A stretch of DNA of 52,298 nucleotides from Bacteroidales bacterium (GTDB taxonomy: Bacteria > Bacteroidota > Bacteroidia > Bacteroidales > UBA7960): NCBI GenBank assembly GCA_003552075.1, contig PUOJ01000050.1, positions 1-52,298 on the forward strand, read 5' to 3'. Position numbers and translations under genes: made by a program. Position 1 is the first letter of the stretch. Every line of letters starts with the position of its first letter. The notes beneath the pieces are model-generated. The model had not been told where the DNA came from and searched no databases. It saw only the letters and a list, made by a program, of their open reading frames with translations. Of the stretch, positions 20,055 through 29,010 are shown one piece after another.

Positions 20055-20933
20055 ATGAAAATTGCAATCAGTGGCACAACTGGGTTTTTGGGCGGCAAGG
20101 CTGCCAATTTGTTTCAACTGCAGGGACACGAGGTGATGGCCCTTACGCGGGCACATTTTCGAAAGGACGCGGCGGTGCTGGCAGACCTTTTGCACGACGT
20201 GGATGTGATCATTCATCTGGCGGGGGCCCCGATCATCAAGCGCTGGACGAAAAAGCACATGCGCAGGATTTACGACAGCAGGATACTGACCACCGCCAAG
20301 CTGACAGATGCCATGCACTTGATGGCCATCCCGCCGCATACGTTCATCTCCGCATCAGCCGTGGGGATCTACCCGGAAGCGGGGGTCCATGATGAGCGCA
20401 GCAAGGCGGTGGCCGACAATTTCCTGGGCAAGGTATGCCGCGACTGGGAAGAAGCGGCTTCGAATGTTCCTGCGGGCTGCCGGCCGGTAATGTTGCGCTT
20501 TGGCATCGTATTGGGCAAGGATGGAGGGGCACTGAAACAGATGGCACCGCCTTTTAAGCTGGGGCTGGGCGGACGGATCGGCAATGGCAGGCAGATGATG
20601 CCCTGGGTCCACGTGGAAGACGCCCTGGCTGCGATCGATTTTGCAAGCACAAAGAAACAGCTTAAAGGTCCGGTAAACGTGTGTGCTCCGGAGGCGGTCG
20701 ACAACAGGCACTTCACCAAAACGCTCGCAAAAAGCCTGAACCGTCCGGCATTTTTCCCGCTTCCAGCCTTCATGCTCAGGCTCGTCTTTGGCAAAGGGGC
20801 CATTGTGCTCACCAGGGGGCAACAGGTCACGCCGGCGCGACTCCAGGAAAACGACTTCAACTTTCGTTTTCCCACACTTGACGATGCCCTTGGAGACATC
20901 TTTGCCGGCTCAGACGGCACCAACAAGGCTTGA
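20055..20933 (+). CDS. TIGR01777 (YfcH-like) NAD-dependent oxidoreductase
   Basis: SGTTGFLG, HLAGAPI, SASAVG and GLGGRIGNGRQMMPWVH. Confidence 0.92.
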   Translation: MKIAISGTTGFLGGKAANLFQLQGHEVMALTRAHFRKDAAVLADLLHDVDVIIHLAGAPIIKRWTKKHMRRIYDSRILTTAKLTDAMHLMAIPPHTFISASAVGIYPEAGVHDERSKAVADNFLGKVCRDWEEAASNVPAGCRPVMLRFGIVLGKDGGALKQMAPPFKLGLGGRIGNGRQMMPWVHVEDALAAIDFASTKKQLKGPVNVCAPEAVDNRHFTKTLAKSLNRPAFFPLPAFMLRLVFGKGAIVLTRGQQVTPARLQENDFNFRFPTLDDALGDIFAGSDGTNKA

Positions 20934-21140
20934 ATTGCCCGTATAAACCCTTGAAATGCCCGTATAAGCCCAAGAAACGTGCACAAGCTTGCAGGTGCTT
21001 TGACCAAGTGATCATAAGAGACTGGGAGGCAGTAACAAGGCTGCGGGTTCGCTTGCCACGTGTCCATATGAAACCCCCATGACAAGGTTTTTGACACAGA
21101 GTGGGGTGATTATTGTCATGGGGGGCATTCAGATTAAGTG

Positions 21141-21200
21141 GGCTATTGGCTATTGGCTATTGGCAATAAAGCCAAAAGCTAAAAGCCAACAGCCAATGGC
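21141..21200. repeat. Inverted pair of GGCTATT/AAAGCC-type heptamer arrays (hairpin-forming)
   Basis: (ggctatt)x3 ggcaat followed by aaagcc aaaagct aaaagcc aacagcc aatggc. Confidence 0.75.
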
Positions 21201-21688
21201 AGCCCTGCTGAAAACACAAGCGCCAGATAACCAATAAGTTGACCTTTTATAAACAGATGATAAGATGGATCTGGCCCTTCAGCAACAACCTATAGGGAAG
21301 TCTGCATTTTTTTATATCTTTACAGTCTTGTTTTCATGGTTGCAGAGGGAAAACCAACATACGTAACTGTTGCGGTTTTCCCTTTCTTTTTACACGGCCC
21401 TGGCACACCTGTTTTTTTGTTGCTGGCCGACAGCAGTACCCCGCAGCATCATGAAGCCCTGGGCCCCGGTGTCACAGAGGCAGCGCCCATCATGCTGTTC
21501 CGGTTAAGGCGAAGGGGAGCTGTACGGGAAGCGGGTTGCTCCCTGTGCAAAAAAGCGCGTCAGACATGGCCTGGGTTTTCTGGGGGTCTGTTTGGCCACG
21601 ACACGGGAAGGTCAATGTGCGGGCCTGCTAAAACGCAGCGTTGACATGAAAACAGCATGGCTTATACACTACAAAAAACACAGGATTT

Positions 21689-23059
21689 ATGACCAGGGTA
21701 AAGACCGCTTTTTTCTGCAGCAGTTGTGGCGCTCAGTCGCCCAAGTGGATGGGGCGCTGCACCTCTTGTGGCGAATGGAACACCTATGTGGAAGAGGTGC
21801 TACAGAAGGATGCAAAGGGTGGCCGTGCCTCATCGGGCGCTGCGGCACACCGGACCTCATCCCGTCCCACCCTCATCCACGAGGTGAAAAGCGACACGGT
21901 TGCGCGCAGCTTTTCGGGCAGCGGAGAGCTGGACCGGGTCCTGGGCGGCGGCATTGTTCCCGGTGCGCTAATGCTGATCGGCGGGGAGCCCGGCATCGGC
22001 AAGTCCACGCTGATGCTGCAAGTGGCCATGCAGATGAAGGATAAGAAGGTGCTGTACATCTCCGGCGAGGAAAGCGAGATGCAGCTGAGCATGCGGGCCC
22101 GGCGCCTGGGGCACGAACACCCGGCCTGTTATGTGCTCACCGCCACGGACACCGGCAGCATCTTCACCCATGTGGACAGCCTCAAGCCCGACATCGTGGT
22201 GATCGACTCCATCCAGACACTGACCACGCCGCACCTGGACTCTGCTGCCGGAAGCATCTCACAGATCCGGGAATGTGCCGCTGAATTTCAGCGCCACGCC
22301 AAGGAGTCTGGCACCCCGGTCTTTCTCATCGGGCACATCACCAAGGAAGGTGCACTCGCCGGGCCTAAGCTGCTGGAGCATATGGTAGACACGGTCCTGC
22401 AGTTTGAAGGTGACCACAACCACATGTACCGCATCCTGCGGGCCGCCAAAAACCGTTTTGGAAGCACGAGCGAACTGGGCATTTATGAGATGCACGAGAA
22501 AGGTCTGCGCGAAGTGACCAACCCCTCCGAGCTCCTGCTTTCCCAGCGCGAGGATTCCGTGAGCGGGGTGACCATCTCGGCTACCATCGAAGGGATGCGC
22601 CCCATGCTGATCGAAACGCAAGCCCTGGTCAGCTCCGCAGCATACGGCACGCCACAACGCTCTGCTACCGGCTTCGACCTCCGGCGGATGAATATGCTGC
22701 TGGCCGTGCTGGAAAAGCGATGCGGCTTCCGCATTGCCGCAAAGGATGTCTTCCTCAACGTCACCGGTGGACTCAAGGTGGATGATCCGGCCATTGACCT
22801 GGGGGTGATCTGTGCCGTGCTCTCTTCGAATGAAGACATCGCGATCAGCGAGAAGTGCTGCTTTGCCGCAGAGGTAGGGCTTACCGGTGAAATCAGGCCG
22901 GTAACGCGCATCGGACAACGCATCTCAGAGGCTAGCAAGCTTGGCTTCGAAGAAATCTTCATCTCCAAACACAACATGAAAGGCATCCCGGAGCACAACG
23001 ACATCAAGGTTCACCCGGTGACACGCATCGACCAGGTGTTCTCCCACCTGTTTGGATAA
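21689..23059 (+). CDS. radA: DNA repair protein RadA/Sms
   Basis: C4 zinc finger, GEPGIGKST, KNRFG and a Lon-like C-terminal domain. Confidence 0.97.
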   Translation: MTRVKTAFFCSSCGAQSPKWMGRCTSCGEWNTYVEEVLQKDAKGGRASSGAAAHRTSSRPTLIHEVKSDTVARSFSGSGELDRVLGGGIVPGALMLIGGEPGIGKSTLMLQVAMQMKDKKVLYISGEESEMQLSMRARRLGHEHPACYVLTATDTGSIFTHVDSLKPDIVVIDSIQTLTTPHLDSAAGSISQIRECAAEFQRHAKESGTPVFLIGHITKEGALAGPKLLEHMVDTVLQFEGDHNHMYRILRAAKNRFGSTSELGIYEMHEKGLREVTNPSELLLSQREDSVSGVTISATIEGMRPMLIETQALVSSAAYGTPQRSATGFDLRRMNMLLAVLEKRCGFRIAAKDVFLNVTGGLKVDDPAIDLGVICAVLSSNEDIAISEKCCFAAEVGLTGEIRPVTRIGQRISEASKLGFEEIFISKHNMKGIPEHNDIKVHPVTRIDQVFSHLFG

Positions 23060-23066
23060 CCTAATT

Positions 23067-23168
23067 TACATGTGTGTATTTCCCTGCAAGGAAAAAGGCT
23101 CGCTTTTTTGGGGCTGCCCCATACATGATGTGTTTCCCTGAAAGGAAAATGCTCGCATTTTGAAGCAG
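23067..23168. repeat. Imperfect tandem duplication, period ~55 bp
   Basis: tacatg..tttccctgcaaggaaaaaggctcgc / tacatg..tttccctgaaaggaaaatgctcgc. Confidence 0.7.
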
Positions 23169-23451
23169 TACATCATTAATGGATACCTGGCTAACCTGAA
23201 TTCTTCTACAGGCTAAAAACATCCTGATGGCAGATCGTACAATTACTTGCCACTGTGGCGATACTTCCCCAACTTGTGGCTGCCAGCCACAGCTGCCACG
23301 GCTTTTCTCCTCCCCAAAAGATCATTGAGCAGCTATAAACTGCTGACTATCAAAGGGAAAGTGGCGGATTTGTCGTGGGCGGGTGCTTTCTGGCACAAAT
23401 TTTTATCTTTGTGTGATGCGAACCCTAAACTTCAAGCTTATGAGACACACA

Positions 23452-24084
23452 ATGAAATTTATCCCGGTATTGGGACTGTTATTTGTTTTTGCTGCCTGTC
23501 AGCCAGAGGTGCACCACGAGGCAGAGGTGGTTGACCCTATACATGTGGCCGTGCTCACAGGAGAGGGCTTCCACGATGGTGAGGCCTACATGCCCATTGG
23601 CTACCTTGTAAATCGTGGTGCTGTGGTGACCGTGATCGGATCCGAGACCGGTCTGGTAACCGCATACAATAGCGACTTCACCATTCAAGTCGAAAAAACC
23701 GTGGATGAGGTGGCTGTGGACGACTTTGACGCTTTGATTCTCCCTGGTGGACAGGCACCATCCGCCCTGCGTGAGCACGAGTCGGTGGTAAACTTTGCCC
23801 GTGACTTTTTTGATTCGGGCAAAACGGTGGCGGCCATCTGCCACGGACCGCAGATCCTGATCACGGCGGGCGTGATGGACGGACTGAATGCCACTGGTTT
23901 TGGTGGCATCCAGGAGGAAATGGAAGAAGCCGGAGTGAACTACCAGGATGAATCGGTGGTGATTCACGACAACCTGATCACTTCCCGCACTCCTCCGGAC
24001 CTGTATGATTTCTCCCTTGCGATCGAACAGGCCATCATGCTGGAGCCCACAATTGAAGACATTCCGGAGCAGCCTGGGGTTTAA
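23452..24084 (+). CDS. DJ-1/PfpI family protein with a lipoprotein signal
   Basis: GFHDGE, LILPGG, AAICHGP and ITSRTP; lipobox FAAC. In-frame upstream ATGs at 23416 and 23440 are alternative starts. Confidence 0.88.
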   Translation: MKFIPVLGLLFVFAACQPEVHHEAEVVDPIHVAVLTGEGFHDGEAYMPIGYLVNRGAVVTVIGSETGLVTAYNSDFTIQVEKTVDEVAVDDFDALILPGGQAPSALREHESVVNFARDFFDSGKTVAAICHGPQILITAGVMDGLNATGFGGIQEEMEEAGVNYQDESVVIHDNLITSRTPPDLYDFSLAIEQAIMLEPTIEDIPEQPGV

Positions 24085-24242
24085 TTGACGCACATTCCCG
24101 GCCCCGGCAGGCTTGTCAAAACAGGCAGGCTGCCGCCGGGAGTGGCCATCTTATAAACCCTCTGTTCTATCTTTTTCGATGACAACCCTGGTCCTGGCCA
24201 ATGATGCAGGTGCAGGTGTCATCGGTTAAAACGGTTATTGAC

Positions 24243-25388
24243 ATGCCATTAATGACGAGAAAGATTTTTCACGAACTTGCTGAAGTAAAACAACACCCTT
24301 GTGTTTCCATTTATATCCCCACCGAGCGCGTGGGTGAAAACAAAAAGGCCTGGATCCGTTTCAAGAACCTGGTGCAGGAAACAAGAAATGAGCTGCACGA
24401 GCGGGGCATGCAGGGGCAAAAGATTCTGGAGTTTACACAACCGCTGGATATGCTTCTTGATGATTCAGAGGTGTGGCGACACATGTCCGACGGGCTGGCC
24501 GTATTTCTCAGTCCGGGAAAGTTCGCCTATTCCACCTTCCCTATTCGCTTCAAGGATTATGCGGAGGTAAACGCCCACTTTTACCTGTTGCCGCTGATGC
24601 CGGTCTTCAACGGGGACGGTCGTTTTTTCATCCTGGCGCTCAGCCTTAACCAGGTGCGGCTGCTGGAGGGCACCCGGGACCACGTAATTGAGATCCCGGT
24701 TGATGACCTGGTGCCGCAGACCATGGAAGAAACCGTGGGTGCGGACTACGAGCAAAAGTCCATACAGTACCGGACGGGCCAGACCGGTGGCGAGCAGGGA
24801 CTTTACCACGGACAGGGGCGTGGCAAGGACTTTAAAAAGGAGGAGGTGGCCAAGCATCTTCGTGAGGTAGACAGGGGCCTGGCAGGCTTGCTACAGGGCC
24901 ATGACGCGCCCCTCGTGGTGGCCGGCGTGGACTACGTATTTGCGATTTACCGGGATCTGTGTGCATACAACCGCCTGTTTAAGAAGCATATTTCCGGCAA
25001 CCCTGATGAGATGCACATGCAGGAGCTGCACCAGAAGGCCTGGCCGCTGCTGGAGGATTATTTTATGAAGCATCGCCGCGACACGCTCAGGCAATACGAC
25101 TTTCTGGCGAGCAAGGGCCGGACGACCTCCATACTTGCCGACATCGTATTTGCCGCAGACGAAGGCCGGGTGGACTCCCTGTTCGTGGCAAAGGACCAGC
25201 GGGCATATGGTTTGGTGGACAGGGAAAGCCACGCGGTGCAGCTTCAGGAAGAAAAAACGAAGGAAAACCATTGCTTGCTCGACAGGGCAGCGAAGGCCAC
25301 GTTCATGCAGGGAGGCCGGGTTTACCTGCTTGACTGGGAGGAAATGCCGGAAAAAGAATCGGTGGCCACGGCCACCTTGCGGTATTAA
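24243..25388 (+). CDS. Bacterial archaeo-eukaryotic release factor-like protein (baeRF3/baeRF7 type)
   Basis: PCVSIYIPT..IRFKNL..WRHMSDGLAVF..FYLLPL..YHGQG..PLVVAG..GRVDSLFV..GGRVY..LRY. Confidence 0.75.
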   Translation: MPLMTRKIFHELAEVKQHPCVSIYIPTERVGENKKAWIRFKNLVQETRNELHERGMQGQKILEFTQPLDMLLDDSEVWRHMSDGLAVFLSPGKFAYSTFPIRFKDYAEVNAHFYLLPLMPVFNGDGRFFILALSLNQVRLLEGTRDHVIEIPVDDLVPQTMEETVGADYEQKSIQYRTGQTGGEQGLYHGQGRGKDFKKEEVAKHLREVDRGLAGLLQGHDAPLVVAGVDYVFAIYRDLCAYNRLFKKHISGNPDEMHMQELHQKAWPLLEDYFMKHRRDTLRQYDFLASKGRTTSILADIVFAADEGRVDSLFVAKDQRAYGLVDRESHAVQLQEEKTKENHCLLDRAAKATFMQGGRVYLLDWEEMPEKESVATATLRY

Positions 25389-26734
25389 TCGACCCTGATG
25401 CTGTATTCACGCATTTTGTTGTAAAGGGTCTTCCGGTCGACCTTTAAGAGCTGTGCAGCTTTCGACTTGTTGTAACCGGACTCATTCAGGGCTGTGATGA
25501 TGGCTTCCCTTTCGGCTATCATTGCGGCCTTTTTAAGTGACACTGGCTGTTTCAGCTTGCCCCTGAGGGTTTGTTCAAGGCCGGACTCGTCCGCATGTTG
25601 CAGGATCTCTTCGGGAAGGGTGTCCGCCCGCACATATTCCCCCTGCTCAAGCAACACACAGCGATGCACCACGTTTTCAAGCTCCCGGATATTCCCAGGC
25701 CAGGAATACCGGAGAAAGATGTCCTGTACATCCGCTGCAAACCCCTTCACTTGCTTCCCAAAGTCGTGGTTGGCCTGCTCGCGAAACCGGTCAGCAAAGG
25801 CAAGAATGTCTTCCTTACGCCGGCGCAAGGGGGGCAACATGATCTTAAAACCATTGATGCGGTGGTAGAGATCTTCCCGGAAACTGCCCTCGTGCACGTC
25901 CTTGATCAGGTCATCATTGGTGGCGGAAATGATGCGCACATCCACATCCCTCACCTTGTTATCACCCAGCCGGCTGATTGATTTTTCCTGTATGGTGCGC
26001 AACAGCCTGACCTGGTTCTCGTGTGTCAGGTTTCCGATCTCATCCAGGAAAAGGGTCCCTCCTTCAGCTTCTTCGAAGCACCCGGCCTTGTCCTGGATGG
26101 CGCCGGTAAATGCCCCTTTCACATGCCCGAAAAGCTCGCTGTTTGCAAGTTCGCCTGGCAACGCCCCGCAGTCGAGTGCAAGAAAGGGTTTCTCTTTGCG
26201 CGGACTGCGATAATGTATGGCCCGGGCGATGAATTCCTTGCCCGACCCCGTCTCTCCTTCTATAAGTACACTCAAGTCGGTTGGGGCCACCATGTCCACG
26301 TGCCTCATCACGTTTTGCATGGCAGGGTCTTCTCCCATAATAAAGCGGTGTTCAAAGCTGAGTATGTCTTCGGCCCTGACTTTAATCCCCTTGTTGATGG
26401 TTTTGATGATCACTTCAGGAAGGATGGGTTTCGTAATATAGTCAAAGGCTCCGGCACGGATCATCTTGACGGCCGTGCGGAGATCCGCATAGGCCGTCAA
26501 GATGACAACCGGCAAATGGGGCTCCCTTTTTTTAATGCGCCGGAAAACCTCCATTCCATCCGCATCAGGAAGCCGGTAATCGCAAAACACAAAGTCCACC
26601 CCGCCACGCTTGACCTCCTTGATGCCATTGTTGGCAGTATAAGCCAGACGCACGTGGTATCCATGCTTTTTCAGGAGGGTGTTCAGCTGTTTGCAGACAT
26701 AGGTGTCGTCATCAATGATCAGGATGGTGGACAT
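25385..26734 (-). CDS. Sigma-54-dependent response regulator (NtrC family)
   Basis: Receiver domain (IIDDD, CDYRLPD), GETGSGKE, GAFTGA, WPGNIRELEN and a Fis-type HTH. Confidence 0.95.
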   Translation of the reverse strand: MSTILIIDDDTYVCKQLNTLLKKHGYHVRLAYTANNGIKEVKRGGVDFVFCDYRLPDADGMEVFRRIKKREPHLPVVILTAYADLRTAVKMIRAGAFDYITKPILPEVIIKTINKGIKVRAEDILSFEHRFIMGEDPAMQNVMRHVDMVAPTDLSVLIEGETGSGKEFIARAIHYRSPRKEKPFLALDCGALPGELANSELFGHVKGAFTGAIQDKAGCFEEAEGGTLFLDEIGNLTHENQVRLLRTIQEKSISRLGDNKVRDVDVRIISATNDDLIKDVHEGSFREDLYHRINGFKIMLPPLRRRKEDILAFADRFREQANHDFGKQVKGFAADVQDIFLRYSWPGNIRELENVVHRCVLLEQGEYVRADTLPEEILQHADESGLEQTLRGKLKQPVSLKKAAMIAEREAIITALNESGYNKSKAAQLLKVDRKTLYNKMREYSIRVD

Positions 26735-26923
26735 GGTTGGTTGTTTTGTGGAAAGAGTTCTACACTTTCAAAGATAGGAAAAAGAATTCAGTACCTGGCC
26801 GCAAACAGTTGTTTAAAAACTGTCCGTTGTCGCATGGGTGATGTACGCAAGCGAACACTTTTGTGGGTGTCAACGAGAAGTCATCCAGGCATAACTTTCT
26901 GTTATTTAGCTTTTTATTGGTTT

Positions 26924-26938
26924 TGGCACAGTAATGGA
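26924..26938 (+). promoter_or_regulatory. Candidate sigma-54 promoter
   Basis: TGGCACAGTAATGGA has a perfect -24 and a weak -12; it lies divergent from the NtrC-type regulator. Confidence 0.4.
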
Positions 26939-26999
26939 TATATGTATGGCGAACACGCAAAAGCAAACAAGAACAGAAACCATAAAAAAACTTAAAGTC

Positions 27000-27323
27000 A
27001 TGACAACACGCATCCTCATCACCGCAGCCTTGATCATCACCATGGGAGCAGCCCATGCAGCCATGTCAACCTCACTGATCTTCACCACTTCCGATGGGAA
27101 GGAGCTTGTCCAGCCCACCATGCCAGAAGAAACGGAAGAAGTGCTTCCGTTTGAAGTCAGGCAGGAAATGGAAAAATCACAAACCAGCCCGGCCAGCTTC
27201 CAGTTTGACATCACAAGCTATAGCCAGCCAGAAGAAGAAGAGCCGTTGCCTTTTGACCTCCGCACAGAGTTTCTCAGGGCCAGGATGTACCAGGCTGACA
27301 GCCGCATACACATTCGCCGCTAA
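27000..27323 (+). CDS. Small secreted hypothetical protein with a duplicated PEE..E.LPF(E/D) motif
   Basis: Signal peptide ending AHA-A; repeats PEETEEVLPFEVRQE and PEEEEPLPFDLRTE. Confidence 0.7.
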   Translation: MTTRILITAALIITMGAAHAAMSTSLIFTTSDGKELVQPTMPEETEEVLPFEVRQEMEKSQTSPASFQFDITSYSQPEEEEPLPFDLRTEFLRARMYQADSRIHIRR

Positions 27324-27481
27324 GCAGACAGCTTGCCACATGCTGCGGTTGCGCAGCACATGGCTTGCCGCACGCAGCAGTCAATATACACCCCTGCAAA
27401 AATACACGGCATCCACACCGCCACCGGCAAAACCGCCTAAGCCGTAACCGGACCCCGGCAACAAACAACCTTCTAACCCAC

Positions 27482-27510
27482 AAACCCGCCTGTATGAGGC
27501 GGGTTTTTTT
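27482..27510 (+). terminator. Rho-independent terminator
   Basis: AAACCCGCCT-gtatg-AGGCGGGTTT followed by a T-tract. Confidence 0.85.
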
Positions 27511-27792
27511 GTGCGTCTACTTTTTCCGCCCAAACGCACGCTAGCGCATTTAAAGATTATTTTTGTTCTTTTGTGTGTTTTTTAATGTTGTTTGTCTTAT
27601 TTTTGTGTTCACAAGCGCCCCCTGAGCCAAATCTTGTCATTGGCAAACAAGCGCATGTGCAAATCTGGGTTCATACCGGGTTAACCGCCCAAAGCCGGGG
27701 ATGTGAAAGCGAAAAACGGCATGAAAGAACAGAGTAGCATTTGTGGGAAAGTCCCTCAAATAAGGAGTCAAGGAATAAAAACATACAGTATC

Positions 27793-28452
27793 ATGGAAAA
27801 GTTGAGCAAACTGGTTGCGGTCGTCGTTGGCGCCCTCCTGGCCATGGCTTCCTGTCAGGACGACAAGGTGTTGTCGCCGGAAGCTGAACCTGCTGAAGAG
27901 GCGGTAACCTATGAAATCAAGTTGATCAGGTGGGCAGACAAGCAAGAGCTTGCACTTGCCGGCAGTTTTTTGTCCGAAAAAGTCCCAAACGGAAAAACAG
28001 CATTCCATTTTGGAGAGGACTATGACACGGTAGATGTGGTGGAATACACAAATGTTGAAGGAAAGGGGATTGTCATCACTTATGGCAGCGGAAGCAAAAA
28101 CAGGGATGAATTGTCGCTTATCCTGGCGGCCGACGAAAACAATAAGCTGATTACCTACTACGAACACGAAAGAAGGGACCTGGGGGATACTTATGCTGTA
28201 ACCGTTTACCACGAAGGAATTGCTTGGTTTGCTGCCGAGGTGGACGCTGAGGCTGAGGATGTCATAGATCATATTGTTTTTAATACAAAATCGGGCGGCA
28301 ACAATGAGTCAGAGGGGGTCAGTTTTTCAGAATGCCTGGGTATTGCCATTGGCGCCTGCCTGGATGATTCCCAATGCGCCTTTATGTGCGGAATCATGTG
28401 GAAGTATTGCCTGAGCAGCATTGCGCTGGCCTGCGCCCTGGTGGCCATGTAG
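27793..28452 (+). CDS. Lipoprotein with a Cys-rich hydrophobic C-terminal domain (candidate bacteriocin precursor)
   Basis: Lipobox MASC then QDDK; the 50 aa after TKSGG hold 6 Cys; TATTTTTG promoter element at 27598-27605. Confidence 0.75.
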   Translation: MEKLSKLVAVVVGALLAMASCQDDKVLSPEAEPAEEAVTYEIKLIRWADKQELALAGSFLSEKVPNGKTAFHFGEDYDTVDVVEYTNVEGKGIVITYGSGSKNRDELSLILAADENNKLITYYEHERRDLGDTYAVTVYHEGIAWFAAEVDAEAEDVIDHIVFNTKSGGNNESEGVSFSECLGIAIGACLDDSQCAFMCGIMWKYCLSSIALACALVAM

Positions 28453-28594
28453 TGCCACGCAAACCGAAAGCGGTGGCCAAGCCCGGTCATCATGCTACAC
28501 CCCTGGCAATGGTGACATGGGGCAGTCCCGGAAATGAAGCTGCCTTGCGCACGAAATACGTTGTTTTATGACCATTCACAAAAAAAATTAGCCA

Positions 28595-28777
28595 ATGAAC
28601 ATCACACATGTGTACTGTTTTTTTGCAATCCTGCTGATCTTGCTGGCCGCCACGCTGATGATCATGGCCATCAAGGACATTCTGCGGAACCAGCAGCGCA
28701 GGATATTGATTTTGCTGCTGTTGTTGGCCCCCATCGTGGGACCACTGATTTATTTTCAGACAAGGCAAAAGAGGTAA
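28595..28777 (+). CDS. Small two-helix membrane protein (PLDc_N-like), candidate immunity protein
   Basis: 60 aa; AIKDILRN...ILLLLLAPIVGPLIYF with a basic tail. Confidence 0.7.
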   Translation: MNITHVYCFFAILLILLAATLMIMAIKDILRNQQRRILILLLLLAPIVGPLIYFQTRQKR

Positions 28778-29010
28778 AAACCTGTTTGGATGCTTACTGG
28801 AAGCAACCGGGGCCAGTTTTTTTCTGCACCGGTTGTTTCCTTTTCCACATTGCTGCGTTTCGGACACCGTTTAACCTGTATCATGCATTCAAACAAGCAT
28901 TTGTTGCATCTGGCAGGGTGGGTGATCCCAAGAACAGCTGCCTGACCTGCCTCCAATTGTTTGCCTGTGATGAATCATTCCGATTAACAATTTAATACTA
29001 CTTTTGTGGT

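Noticed and set aside
21336-21644. 102-aa ORF upstream of radA, and likewise 9190-9606 and 51969-52217
   Set aside because: No recognisable domain, atypical composition, and two of the three overlap repeat remnants
23391-23405. Sigma-54 promoter TGGCAC upstream of the PfpI gene
   Set aside because: There is no G at the -12 position, and an overlapping TAnnTTTG element explains the site
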